This document shows positions 8,068 through 19,400 of a stretch of 46,439 nt of DNA, one piece after another (position 1 is the stretch's first letter; each line of letters starts with the position of its first letter). The DNA lies in NCBI GenBank assembly GCA_048213135.1, contig PS015242.1, positions 1,726 through 48,164 of the forward strand. The letters are read 5' to 3'. The position numbers and the translations under genes were made by a program. The stretch is from Reclinomonas americana ATCC 50394. Taxonomy: Eukaryota. Below the pieces are notes generated by a model, which saw nothing but the letters and a program-made list of their open reading frames with translations, was not told the DNA's origin and did no database searches.

Positions 8068-10323
8068 CACACGCTCTCTATGGTGTGTGGCCATCAGCCT
8101 TGCACGTTCCGTAGCCAGTGCATGTGGGAGTGGGACTGCAGTTGCAGTTGGCATTAGTGTAGTCGCCAGTGCATCTCTCTTCCTCTTTGTCTATCTCTCT
8201 CTCTCTCTCTCTCTCTTATTACCTTCTCTTCTTTGCGTTCTCATTCTCTCTCTTTCGCTCTCTCTCTTTCTCTGCATGTGTGTCTGTCTGTCACTCAGAG
8301 TGAGAGAGAGAGAAGAAGCAGTACGACAAAGAGAAAGAAACAGTGACCGCGAAATAGAAAGAGAAGGCATGAAACGAGAGTTGATGCACTCAAGAGGAAG
8401 TGTTGCGCACGCGCGTGTGTGTGTGTTTGCATTCCCCTCTTCTTCTCTCTATGTCAGCAAGCAGACACCATACATACAACTCGGCTGCTTCTCTTTCTCT
8501 CTCTTTCTCTGGTTCTCTCTTTGTTCTCCCTCTCGGTCTCGCTGGTTCTCTTTCTATCTGTCTGTCTATCTGACTCTCTCTCCTTTGCTGTCTCTCTTTC
8601 TCTCTCTCTTTCCACCTCTGTCTGCCTCCCTCTGTGTCACCCTCCTCATTTCCCAAGGTGCTTGCAACGATTGCTTTTCATCTGTTATGAACAGATAGCT
8701 TGAATGCTGTGCATTCTGCATTGTATTCGCTGTTTTCTCATCGTTGCTCTCCCTTATTCCCTCTCTGCGTTGTGTCCTCATCTGTTTTCCTTCCCTTTCT
8801 CCCTCCTCGCAGAACGCGACGGTACCCTCGACAAGAAAAACGTACAGAAACTCAAAATCGTCCGCCAGCAAGTGCAGCAGCTCACCGAGGAAGGCGTGGT
8901 GCAACCGTTGCGTCTCGCCCTCCCCTCCTTCCATTCCTCCACCCTGTATCCCACTCACCCCACTTCACACAGTGGCGCAGCCGGTCGCGCCCCTTCAGTG
9001 GCTGGTCCTCGTCCGGCCACTGCTGGTGCACCGCAACCGCCACTGGGTGCGCAGCAACCCCCGATGCCTGCCGGCCCTCCACCCATTCCACCACATTTGT
9101 ATCCGCGACCCACCGATTCCGTGTATTACCACCCGGTCTCCAATCCATTCGGTATGCCACCGGCGGGCATGCCGCAGCGGTACCACCCGCCGTCGGCCAC
9201 GGTAATGCAGATTGCCGCAGCACAAATGCTTCAGCAGCAGCAGCAACAGCAGCAAATGATGATGGGTGAAGGATTCCAGCCTCCACTACCGCCGGGCCCG
9301 CCACCCACACGAGTTGCGTCGCGGGTCTTCTCGCTTGTCTTCTGCCTCCATTGCACTCATCGATCCTGCGCAGATGGAAGGCGCTGGTGGTGACGACGAC
9401 GACGACGATGACGAAGACGTGGAGGATCACGGCATCGGTGGTGATGATGATGATGATGACGACGACGACAGCGAAGGCGACGATGAGGAAGATGGCGACG
9501 GCGGAGATGATGGCATGGGCGGCGGTGGTGCACCAGACAGTGATGGCGACGGCGGAAGCGACGATGACGACGACGAGTTGGACTTGTCGGCGATTCCGAT
9601 TCCCGATGAGTTCCTGGAGGGCACGGTGTGTCACTCCTTCCCTCTCTCACTCTTCACGCTTTCTCCTTGTTCACTCGCGCATTTTCTCTCCTTAACAAAA
9701 GTCTGCGGCTCGGCCACCACCACCACCACCACCACAGCCACCTCGTCCGTACATGCCAGCTGGTGTACCACAACCGCCACTGCCGCCAGGCGCACCGCCG
9801 ATGATGATGATGATGGCGCACCCCCACGCGCATCCACCTCACCATCACCTCCAGCACCAGCCGCCGTTGCCGCCAGGCCCACCACCTGCCGGTCTTCTGC
9901 GCCCTCCCATGCCTGCTGGCGGTGGACCACCACCACCTCCCCAGCAACAGCAGCCAGGGATGATGATGCGGCAGCCTCCGCTTCCACCCGGACCCATTCC
10001 ACCGCACCTGCAGCCGGCTGGTATGCCGTACGGCATGCCGCCAGGGCCCATGATGATGATGGGTGCTCGTCCTCCGCCGGCTCAGCCACCGCTTCCTCCC
10101 ATGCCACCACCAGCGCACTTGATTGAGGAGCAGCGCAGAAAGGAGGCGCTGGAGGCCGGACGTGTGGTCACCAAGACGCAGGTCGTGGCCGCGCCGACCA
10201 TGAACGAGTTCACCGCCAAGCTCAAGCAGCAGCAGGGCAAGTTGCTGGCCGGCACGCAGATTATTCCCTCGACGGCGTCGGCGACGGGGTCCACGAAGGC
10301 GGCGTCGTTGCCGTCCGCGGCAG
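7190..10323 (+). CDS. WBP11: WW domain-binding protein 11 (NpwBP/SIPP1) homologue, splicing factor; partial, spliced
   Basis: Exons 7190-7197 and 7329-7385 give MGRKYTNKTKQGKMLNPTDAFR, matching the WBP11 N-terminal K.GK..NPTD..RK signature. Further exons: 8813-8906 (ERDGTLDKKNVQKLK..), 8973-9312 (PPPGPPP-rich), 9374-9625 (acidic, then DLSAIPIP) and 9702-10323 (Pro/Gly/Met-rich). All have GT-AG ends. One internal exon and the 3' end were not found. Confidence 0.85.
7523..7699. repeat. (TGAG)n microsatellite in WBP11 intron 2
   Basis: Runs of gagtgagtgagt leading into a 20-N gap. Confidence 0.95.
7921..8174 (-). pseudogene. Two tandem EGF/tenascin-like Cys-rich coding relics, antisense in WBP11 intron
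   Basis: Minus strand reads CTGDYTNANCNCSPTPTCTGYGTCKADG and CTGDYTNISCSCSPSFTCSGNGTCKADG in two ~140-bp units separated by an AG run. Confidence 0.6.
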
Positions 10324-10828
10324 GTGAGGGTTGGGGAAGGGAGGGGGGAAGGGGAAGAGAGAACAACTTGGGGAGTTAGGGAAAGCTTGGAGAGAATGTG
10401 CTTGACTGTTGTGCTCGAATTTCATCATCTTCTCAAGTTTTTCCTTTCTTCGTCCTCATGCTTCTTCCGTTCGTCATCGCAGGCATGGTTTTTCTTTCTT
10501 CATCGTCCTCCCTGTCCGTCTTGCTCCTTCCTCTCTTCTTCTCCTTCTTTTTCCTGTCTTCTTCTTCTTCTTCGTTCTCTTCTCCTCCGCTTCTGTCGTT
10601 TTACCTTTTCCTTATCTCTTTCTTTTTTTGCCTTCTCCTCCCCTCTTTCCTTTCTTCTTTCTTCTTTCTTTCATCTTCTTCTCCTCACTGTCCTTCTTCC
10701 TCTCTTTCTCTCTAACACTTATTCTGCCTTCGTCTGTCGTTGATTGCCTTCCCTCCCTTCCGTTCTCTCGGACTTCTCTTGTGTCTCACTTGTGTCCCTC
10801 CCTCGTTCTCTCTCCTTTCGCCCCCATT

Positions 10829-10922
10829 CTGTCTTCCCTCATGTCTTCCCCCATGTCTTCCCCCATGTTTTCCCCCTTGTCTTCCCCCTTGTCTTCCCCC
10901 TTGTCTTCCCCCTTGTCTTCCC
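10829..10922. repeat. 12-bp tandem repeat (TGTCTTCCCCC[A/T]) running into the gap
   Basis: About 8 visible copies. Confidence 0.9.
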
Positions 10923-11961
10923 NNNNNNNNNNNNNNNNNNNNNNNNNNNNNNNNNNNNNNNNNNNNNNNNNNNNNNNNNNNNNNNNNNNNNNNNNNNNNN
11001 NNNNNNNNNNNNNNNNNNNNNNNNNNNNNNNNNNNNNNNNNNNNNNNNNNNNNNNNNNNNNNNNNNNNNNNNNNNNNNNNNNNNNNNNNNNNNNNNNNNN
11101 NNNNNNNNNNNNNNNNNNNNNNNNNNNNNNNNNNNNNNNNNNNNNNNNNNNNNNNNNNNNNNNNNNNNNNNNNNNNNNNNNNNNNNNNNNNNNNNNNNNN
11201 NNNNNNNNNNNNNNNNNNNNNNNNNNNNNNNNNNNNNNNNNNNNNNNNNNNNNNNNNNNNNNNNNNNNNNNNNNNNNNNNNNNNNNNNNNNNNNNNNNNN
11301 NNNNNNNNNNNNNNNNNNNNNNNNNNNNNNNNNNNNNNNNNNNNNNNNNNNNNNNNNNNNNNNNNNNNNNNNNNNNNNNNNNNNNNNNNNNNNNNNNNNN
11401 NNNNNNNNNNNNNNNNNNNNNNNNNNNNNNNNNNNNNNNNNNNNNNNNNNNNNNNNNNNNNNNNNNNNNNNNNNNNNNNNNNNNNNNNNNNNNNNNNNNN
11501 NNNNNNNNNNNNNNNNNNNNNNNNNNNNNNNNNNNNNNNNNNNNNNNNNNNNNNNNNNNNNNNNNNNNNNNNNNNNNNNNNNNNNNNNNNNNNNNNNNNN
11601 NNNNNNNNNNNNNNNNNNNNNNNNNNNNNNNNNNNNNNNNNNNNNNNNNNNNNNNNNNNNNNNNNNNNNNNNNNNNNNNNNNNNNNNNNNNNNNNNNNNN
11701 NNNNNNNNNNNNNNNNNNNNNNNNNNNNNNNNNNNNNNNNNNNNNNNNNNNNNNNNNNNNNNNNNNNNNNNNNNNNNNNNNNNNNNNNNNNNNNNNNNNN
11801 NNNNNNNNNNNNNNNNNNNNGGATAAAAATGAAGAATGAGGAGATATTTGTGATATCTTGCATGATTGGTCATGATTGTGACAGTCGGCGAAGTGCACAT
11901 CACCAATTGTCGGACACTCTGACTTTCGAGGCACGCGACGAGAGAAGACCACCTCCAGTGA

Positions 11962-14059
11962 ATGACAGAGTTGCGTACACACACACGTGCACACTCTCTC
12001 TCCTCCACTCACTCTTTTCTCCCTTCACAGAGCACGGGACACTCTTGTCACGCTCCTCGGCAGTGACTCATCGCGCTCACTTCCGCGAATCTCCGAGCTG
12101 CTGCACGCGAACCCTGCACTGCTCACTGCCACTCTCCACAAGGGCCGCCACCAGACGCTGCTGCACCTGCTCGCACGACACGCACGCGTCGATGTGTGGA
12201 CGCACGTGGTCCGCCCAATGCTCCTCGCGCACTCGCCCTCGCCCTCGCCAGCTCTGTGCGCCACCGATGTGCACGGACTGACTCCGATGCATGTGGCGGC
12301 ACGATACGGGCGCGCGGACGATGCAGGCGTGGTGGCAATGCTGCAGGAGATGGTGGACATGTGTCCGGAGGTGCTGCGTGTTCGGGGTCCGACTGCGGCC
12401 GAGTATGCGCGCGTTCGCGGCAATCGGCGCATGGGAGCTGTGCTGGAGGCGATGGTGCCGCAGCAGGACGAGGGCGATGGGCAGGAGTCGCCGCCTGAAT
12501 TCAAGGTCGAATTGATGGAGACGGCGAGCCGACGGGGAGGTGAGTGGTGGGAGAAGGTGGCTGCATGAAGGCGTGCGAGGCCCTCACCTCCTTCAGCAGT
12601 TGCGGCCAGTCGGTACTCGCGGCACAGTCCTGAGTGGAAGGCGGCAAACACGGTGCAGGGGCGAGTGGCGCAACTGGAGCGAGAGGTGGCGGAGCTGCGA
12701 GCGGAACGAGGTGCGAAGTGGGATTGAGGGGAGAGGGTGGAGGCAACGGGTGACTGACCGCGTGCTGCAGATACGCTGCTGGACGATCGTCTGCGGGAGC
12801 TCAAGGTGGCGACCGACACCACCATGAGGCTGACGGAGAGTCAGCGGGAGGTGGAGACGCTGAAGGTGTGTGCACTGCACAACAACAACTCCAGCTGCCA
12901 GTAATTTCTCACCTTCTTTTGTTGCAGAAATCGATGGAGCGGCTGGAGCGCCAGAACCAGCGACTGCAAGACAAGCTGAGAAAGTGTGCCAGTGAGACAG
13001 GTAAACACTGGGTGGGTGCGGCACGACTGAATTCGGCCTGTGACTGACCGCGAGTGCACACAGTGAACCGCGATGCCTTGCTGCACACGCTGTGGCGCGA
13101 GGTGCAGTTCTACGAACAGGAAATGGCCCCACTGCTAGCCCCCGATGGTAAGTGCGACGCCACTGCTGCAGCAGGCTATGTACAGAAGACTCACTCGGCA
13201 AGCAGAGAGCGACGAGGAAACCCGCCGAGTGTGTCAATCGCTGCAAGAGCGAATTCGCGAGGCACTTGGACGCGCTCCCGAAGAACCGTTCGTGCCAACA
13301 ACCGTGCCGCTGCCAGATGCACTCGAGGAGGAGGAGGACGACGAGAAGGAGCAGGAGGAGAAGGAGAACGATGAGCCAGCAGTGGAGCGCGTGGGCCACC
13401 TGCTGAAAGAGTGCCGACAGCTGGGACCGACTGCGCGAAAACGCATGAAGCAGGCCGTGGAGAGGAAGAACAAGAAGGAGGAGGAAAAGGGGGAGCAGGT
13501 GGAGGAGCGAGCGGTGGAGGCCATGCGTATGATGCGTAACGAGGCCAACGTGGTCGCCGAGAGAGTTGCGTCGAGGACAGGGAAAGGGGGGAGGGGGGAA
13601 AGGGAAAGGGGGGAAAGGGAAAGGGGGAAGGAAAAAGGCAAGGGGAGAAAGAGAAAACGCAAAGGGAGACGGGGAAGGGCGTAAAGAAAGAAGGGCCTTG
13701 AGAAAAGGGGAACGGGAAACGAAGAGAAGAGAAGGGGAGGAGGGAAAGGGGACAGGGGTTGGAAAGAGAAAAGAGATCAAGAAAGGAAGAAGGAAGGAGG
13801 CGAGGAGGGAAAAGGGACGGGTAAAACGAAAAAAGAAGAAAAGGGGACGGGAAAATGAAGAAGAATAGAATGCGGGAGGGATAGAAAAAAGGTGAGGGAG
13901 AGGGCATCACTGACAACAGCCTCTCACTCTCCTTGTCGTTCTACCATTCATTCCCCACCACACAGCTCACCGCCCAGCGTCGTGCCCTCCTGCAAGTCAC
14001 GCAAGCCGACAGTGAGCTGGCCACGCAGCTGAGAGCCGCCGATCAGGCCCACGAGGCAG
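11962..14059 (+). CDS. Ankyrin-repeat plus coiled-coil protein; spliced, 3' end lost in gap
   Basis: ATG ACA GA|intron|A GCA CGG. Ankyrin motifs GRHQTLLHLLARH, DVHGLTPMHVAARYG and GPTAAEYARVRG. Later exons are heptad/charged (RVAQLEREVAELRAER; KSMERLERQNQRLQDKLRK; LTAQRRALLQVTQ). Confidence 0.8.
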
Positions 14060-14080
14060 NNNNNNNNNNNNNNNNNNNNA

Positions 14081-16237
14081 ACGACAACAATTTGTGCCGC
14101 CGATCATTGTCGATGTTGGTGCGTGCGACTCGCCGCCTGCTGAGCCGTTGCTTCTTCTCACCGCACACCGGTTGTCCGAAAAGGTGCCGGTGACTGTAAC
14201 CACAACCTGAACGACGCCTCCGATGCCTTCTTCTTCGCCAACCAGATGGCCAAGCACGATGTCCGAGTGTTTGCGTTCGAGCCGAGTGGTCTGCCATTCA
14301 ACTGGTTGGAGAGCGTCGCCGCCACCATGCCGGAGGGCCGATTGACGCCGATGCAAGTGGGCCTCAGCAACGTCCCGCATCTTGGCCTGCCGCTCTACTC
14401 CATGTCGCCTGTGCGAGAGAATGTGAGAAGAAGCATCTCATCTGCTCGTCGCTGGTGGAAATCCGCGTACTGATTTTTCCACACTTCCAGGGCTTGAATA
14501 CGATGCCGTGCATGTTCAGGTGCGAAAAGAGTGGGATGGGAATTTGACGTCATTGTAAGTGTTGGCTCATCACGTCTCCTCTGTCGCTGCAGCTTGCGCG
14601 TTCCAACTGAGTTGGATATTCAAACTGGTCTCGACGTTGACCCGTTGGAGACAGTGCCCGTGACCTCTCTTGATGCGTTTGCGGCCACCGACGGTGTCGC
14701 GAGATCACTACTTGGTGGTATTTCGGGCACAAGAAAGATCTTCTACGTCAAGGTGCGTGTGTGCAAGCGCATGAGGACTGCGGCGCCCTTTGCACACATT
14801 TCTCACTCTGATTATTGTACGCAGATTGACGTGGAAGGGTGGGACTCGCAAGTGATTGAGGGCATGGATCAGTTGCTGTCGTACGACAAGGTGGACATGT
14901 TCTCGTTCGAGTACGGACCGTATTGGAACGATGGTGTGTGGTGGTGGTGGTGGTAGAGAGAAAGAGAGAGAGGCAAAGCGGGAAGCATAGGTGCAAGAAC
15001 AGATCTAGAGAACGGAACACACAGATAGAGAGAGGAACAGATGCAGCGAAAGGAAACAGCTGCATACAACACAGGGAGAAGAAGAGAACAGAACACAGTG
15101 GCAGAGAGAGAGAGAGAGAAATGGAAAACACATAGAAACGATGAAGAGCATGGGAGAAAAAGGGATGCAGAGGAGTGGAGGTGCAAGAATAGGAGCAGAG
15201 GGGACGGAACACACCGAGAAACAGCGAAGAGCATGGGAAAGGCTGCAAACGGAAAGGTTTTCTCACTGGCGCCGCTTGGCGTGCCGTGTACACGCAGTGT
15301 TCCTCGCCGCCACCTTTAATTCCTCGTACGTGCCTCCCAAGTCCACTTCGGGGCTCCCCTTGCCGAACCTCTCTTCGGTTGTCAAGAGGCTGGATGAAAA
15401 GGGATTCGATGTGTTCATTCTTGGTGTCGGCGTGTGCATTCCTGTGACGGGGAAGTGGTGGCAGGTGCGCGATTGCAGAGAGGGAGAGAGGATAGGGACT
15501 GATGAGAGAGATCAAGTTTGAGAAGGGCACGCTGTTGAAGTGCAGCGATTGCAGATATTTTATGACCCTGTGGGTGTGAGAGAAAGAGAGCGCAAGTACG
15601 TCGTGAAAGACACGTGGTTGACTTGCACGTGCATCGATGGCAGTTACAGCAGTGAGTGATGGCGGTAATGACCCGATGCGTTGCTGAAAGAGCGAGTGAG
15701 TGAGTGTGAGAGAATGACAAGCATGTGGGGTGCACTTGCATCGCCTGCAGTTACAGTAGTGACGGATAGTGATCGAGACCATGTGGATGAGGAAGTGCGA
15801 AAGAGAGAGAGAAGGGAAAGATAGAGTTTGCGAAGTAGGTGACTGATCTTGACCTTGCATGTGCGTGATTGAAGGAGAAGTCTAGAAGTGAGAAAGGAAT
15901 GAATGAGCACCAGTGAGGGAACTGGTGAGTGAGTAATCAAGTGAGAGAACGAGAGAGAGAGAGAGAGTGAAAGAAAGATAGAGACAACGTCTCTGACGTG
16001 CACACGACACGTGTTGGCAGTCACTCGAAGACGACGGGTCGGCAAAAGTTTCTAATGTGTGCTGGTGGTGCGCAGGACGTGTACGAATTCTGTGGCCTCG
16101 GCGCCGGATTGCCTCTGCTTTCCTCTCCAACAGAGTGCGTACAAGATGTACTGGCCATTCGCCGGGGCAGCCCGCTACGCCGACCAGTGCTGGACGAGTG
16201 CAACTTTGGCAATCTCAAGTGGCATGTCGACGAGTGA
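14081..16237 (+). CDS. FkbM-family SAM-dependent methyltransferase; spliced, 5' end in gap
   Basis: Spliced product has IIVDV|GAG, VRVFAFEP, QVGLS, VPVTSLD, YVK|IDVEGWD.VI.G, FSFEY and RLDEKGFDVF in canonical FkbM order. Last exon 16077-16237 ends in TGA. Confidence 0.85.
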
Positions 16238-16493
16238 ACTGCAAGCAACATCATCAACAACCACAGCAACTTATCCAAACATAAACTCACCTACATGAGG
16301 ACCACCATCTTGGTGAACACTAGAAACGTATAATATATTGTCTGCAGACCATGCATTTTGTCGCGCATGAATTGGAGCCTCGGTTGACACTAAACAAATT
16401 TACACTGTTCTTCTTCGCTCTATACACACCATACGCCTGCCGTCCTTCATCCACGTCAAAGAGCACTGCTGACGCGTCACTGTCACGCTGGCG

Positions 16494-19400
16494 TTACCTC
16501 TCGGCATCAGCATGCCCCTCATCAGTCACAGTCGCATCAAAAGATGGTGTCCCCGGAAGCGGAACAGACGCCTCATACGATGACCGTGATGGCGGCGACG
16601 ATGCGACTCCCACACGCACGGTTGACGGTGAACGTATTTGCGCGGAAGACGCCGTGCTCGCCGATGTCGCCTCCGCAAACACATTGAAGCCCTGCAACTC
16701 TACCACCTTGGCATCCGGCAATGTGAGTCCATCCTGCTCCAGATGCTTCTCCATGTCGGCCTGCTGCTGGTGGTGCTGATTCAAGTACCATTCGACTTCC
16801 TCCGCCAACGGTGGTGGTGGCGGTGGAGGCAGGTCGGGAGGGGCGGTCAGCGAGGCGGAGGAGCGCTGACGAGAAGGCGGTTTCGACACAGCCAGGAATC
16901 CAGTGCCCGACGACACAGATGACGAAGCGTCGTCGTCGTCGGCGTTGTTGCTGGTGCGTGCACGGTGTCCGCGTCGCGTCGAGTGTAATGTGAGGACGTC
17001 CATTTCGATGCCTGTAGTGCGATGGGCATGTTAGGTGAATGGTGACGGATACACAGAGAGAGAGAGGGAGAGAGAGAGAGGGAGACCGAAAGGGAAATGC
17101 AAGGAGAGAATACAAACAGATAGACAGTAAGAGAGAAATCTTGAGACAGAGAAAAGACACAGAGAAATGAGACAGAAAAACAGAGAAAAGAGAGAGAGGG
17201 AGAGAGAGAGAGAGAGAAGCGAGCAGATGGACAGACAGACACAGCGCGAAGCATGACAGACAAGCAGAGCACGTCGACAGTTAAACAAAGAATTCACACA
17301 GACAAACAAGAAGAAAGACAGATGTGCAGAGAGAAAGTGGAAACGTGGAGACGTAAGAGGAAGACAGCAAGTGAAATAATGGAGAGAACACAAGCAGACA
17401 GACAGTGAGAGAGAGAGAGAGGCGGAGAGAGAGAGACAGACAGACAGACAGAAATCATAGCATGACGTGCACCAACAGGTACGAAAGAACGCGTCCACAC
17501 AAACAGACAAGAAGAAAGGCAGATGGTGGAGAAAATGCGAGAAAGGAACGTAAATGAAAATGACGTAGAGACAGCAAGCAGGCAGACAAGCAGATAGTGT
17601 GAGCGAGAGAGAGAGAGAGAGGCAAACAGAAAGGCAATAAATGAGATCAAAGAGAATGACAAATGCAGAGGGAGAATGCAGATATAGTCCCCTGTCTCCC
17701 TCCCTCTCTCCCTCCTCTCTCCTCTCTTTCTCTCCGTCGTGTCACTCACCAGCAGTTGCACACTCGGTCGCCATCAGCGCCTGATCAATGGACGCGACTT
17801 TCGCCCCACGCCGCCGTCGCCAGCAATCTCTGAGCTTGAGCCACACCTTCTTGATCACCTTGAAAACCGTCCACGCAATCGGCAGCGCCAGGATGCAAAT
17901 CACAATAATGAGGAGCACGATGCAGATGATGACTTTGAACTGGTTCGACGCCTGCGACGCAAAGATGGTGGAGATGACCACCAGACCCAGCAGGCTGATG
18001 GTCTGCACACGCCGCAAGAGAGAGAGAGAGGCATGAGTATCAAGAGGGCACATATAACAACCAACTCGATCAACGCAACTTCCATAATGTTCTCTACACG
18101 ATGGTGGTACGGCATGACAGAGATTTGCACCGCCAGGAACCCGATGCACACCACCCACAGCGCCAGCGGCAGCACATCAAGCGCGCCAATGGCAGCCATG
18201 GGGAACAGAACCGCCAGCAGCACGAGACGCCGACTCAGTTGATAGCCTAAAACGCGAACAGCAGTGAGTGTGTGTGAGAAGGGAAGGCAGAGACGGGAGA
18301 GCTGGACAGAGGAATCAAAGGAGCACGGGGAGCGACCAAGGATGCAGCAATATACTGCGCACAAACACGAGCATGAACTGGGACGCAACCAAGGAACCAC
18401 ACCACCGGCTTGCGATATGCGTCATATAACACGCCAAAGATGCTCATCACCTGTACAACAATGCAATCAGCAATTGAGCACACGATTGATATGCAGACAG
18501 CCACACGCGACGCAACCTTCTCGTCCTCCAGTCGATCCTGCCGACGCAGACGCATGACCCAGATCACCAACAATATCGGCGTCACCAGCACCACCAGTGC
18601 AACAATCGCAAACAGCGGAGAGACTCGATTCCATCTGCAAGCACCACAAAAAATGGTCAGACAAACGAGAGAGACAAAGGCACTTTAAAAACGCCTCTCT
18701 CAGTCTCCAATTCCTTCTCGGCATCATTCTCCAGTGTTTCGAGCTCGCTCAGCTTCACACTTCTTCCTTCACTCGCCCTCTTCTCTTCACTCTCACTCTC
18801 TCTCATGTACTCCGCTGCCTTCTCTTTCTCTCACAGCCTGCGCTCTGTCTCTCTCACGTTTTCTTCTCTCTCTCTCCTTCTTCTCTTCTCTCTCCTTTGC
18901 TCTCTCTCTCTCTCTCGCTCTCTCTCTCTCTCGTGTCTCCATGCCTTCTCTCTCTTTCACCGCCATCGCTCTGCCTCTCTCACATGCTCCTTACTTAACG
19001 CTAACTCACCCGCCATTACCTCTCTCGTGTGCTCTCTCGCTCTCACTCTCTCACCCGACCTTCTTCCTTTCTCTCTCACTCTCTCACACACAACTTTTCA
19101 CACTTCTACGCCTCCCCACGCACCTTATTATATTCACTCTTCCTCGCGCACTGCTTCAGCTCTCCTTCTCTCACTCGCCCGTTTTCGCGCTATCTCGCCC
19201 GCCCCTCTTCCTGTTTCCGTCACCCATGAGCGACTGAATTCCCGCACCAGATCCCTCAAGCCCACCTGTCCCCTCTCTTTCTCTCCCTTTCCCCTCTCCT
19301 CTCCTCTCCCTTCTCCCTTCTCCCTTCCCCTTTTGCCCTCCCTTCCCCCACCACTCACATGCCCTCATAGCACACCACGCTCGGCGAGAACAGCATAATC

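Noticed and set aside
11962-16237. Ankyrin-methyltransferase fusion gene
   Set aside because: The two are separated by a 20-N gap of unknown true size, so linkage cannot be supported.
16293-16496. Stop-codon reassignment or read-through (the frame stays open after TAA as RQRDSDASAVLFDVDEG; most other genes end in TGA)
   Set aside because: Long exons and poly-Gln tracts use only CAA/CAG with no in-frame TAA/TAG. A single open stretch is insufficient evidence.
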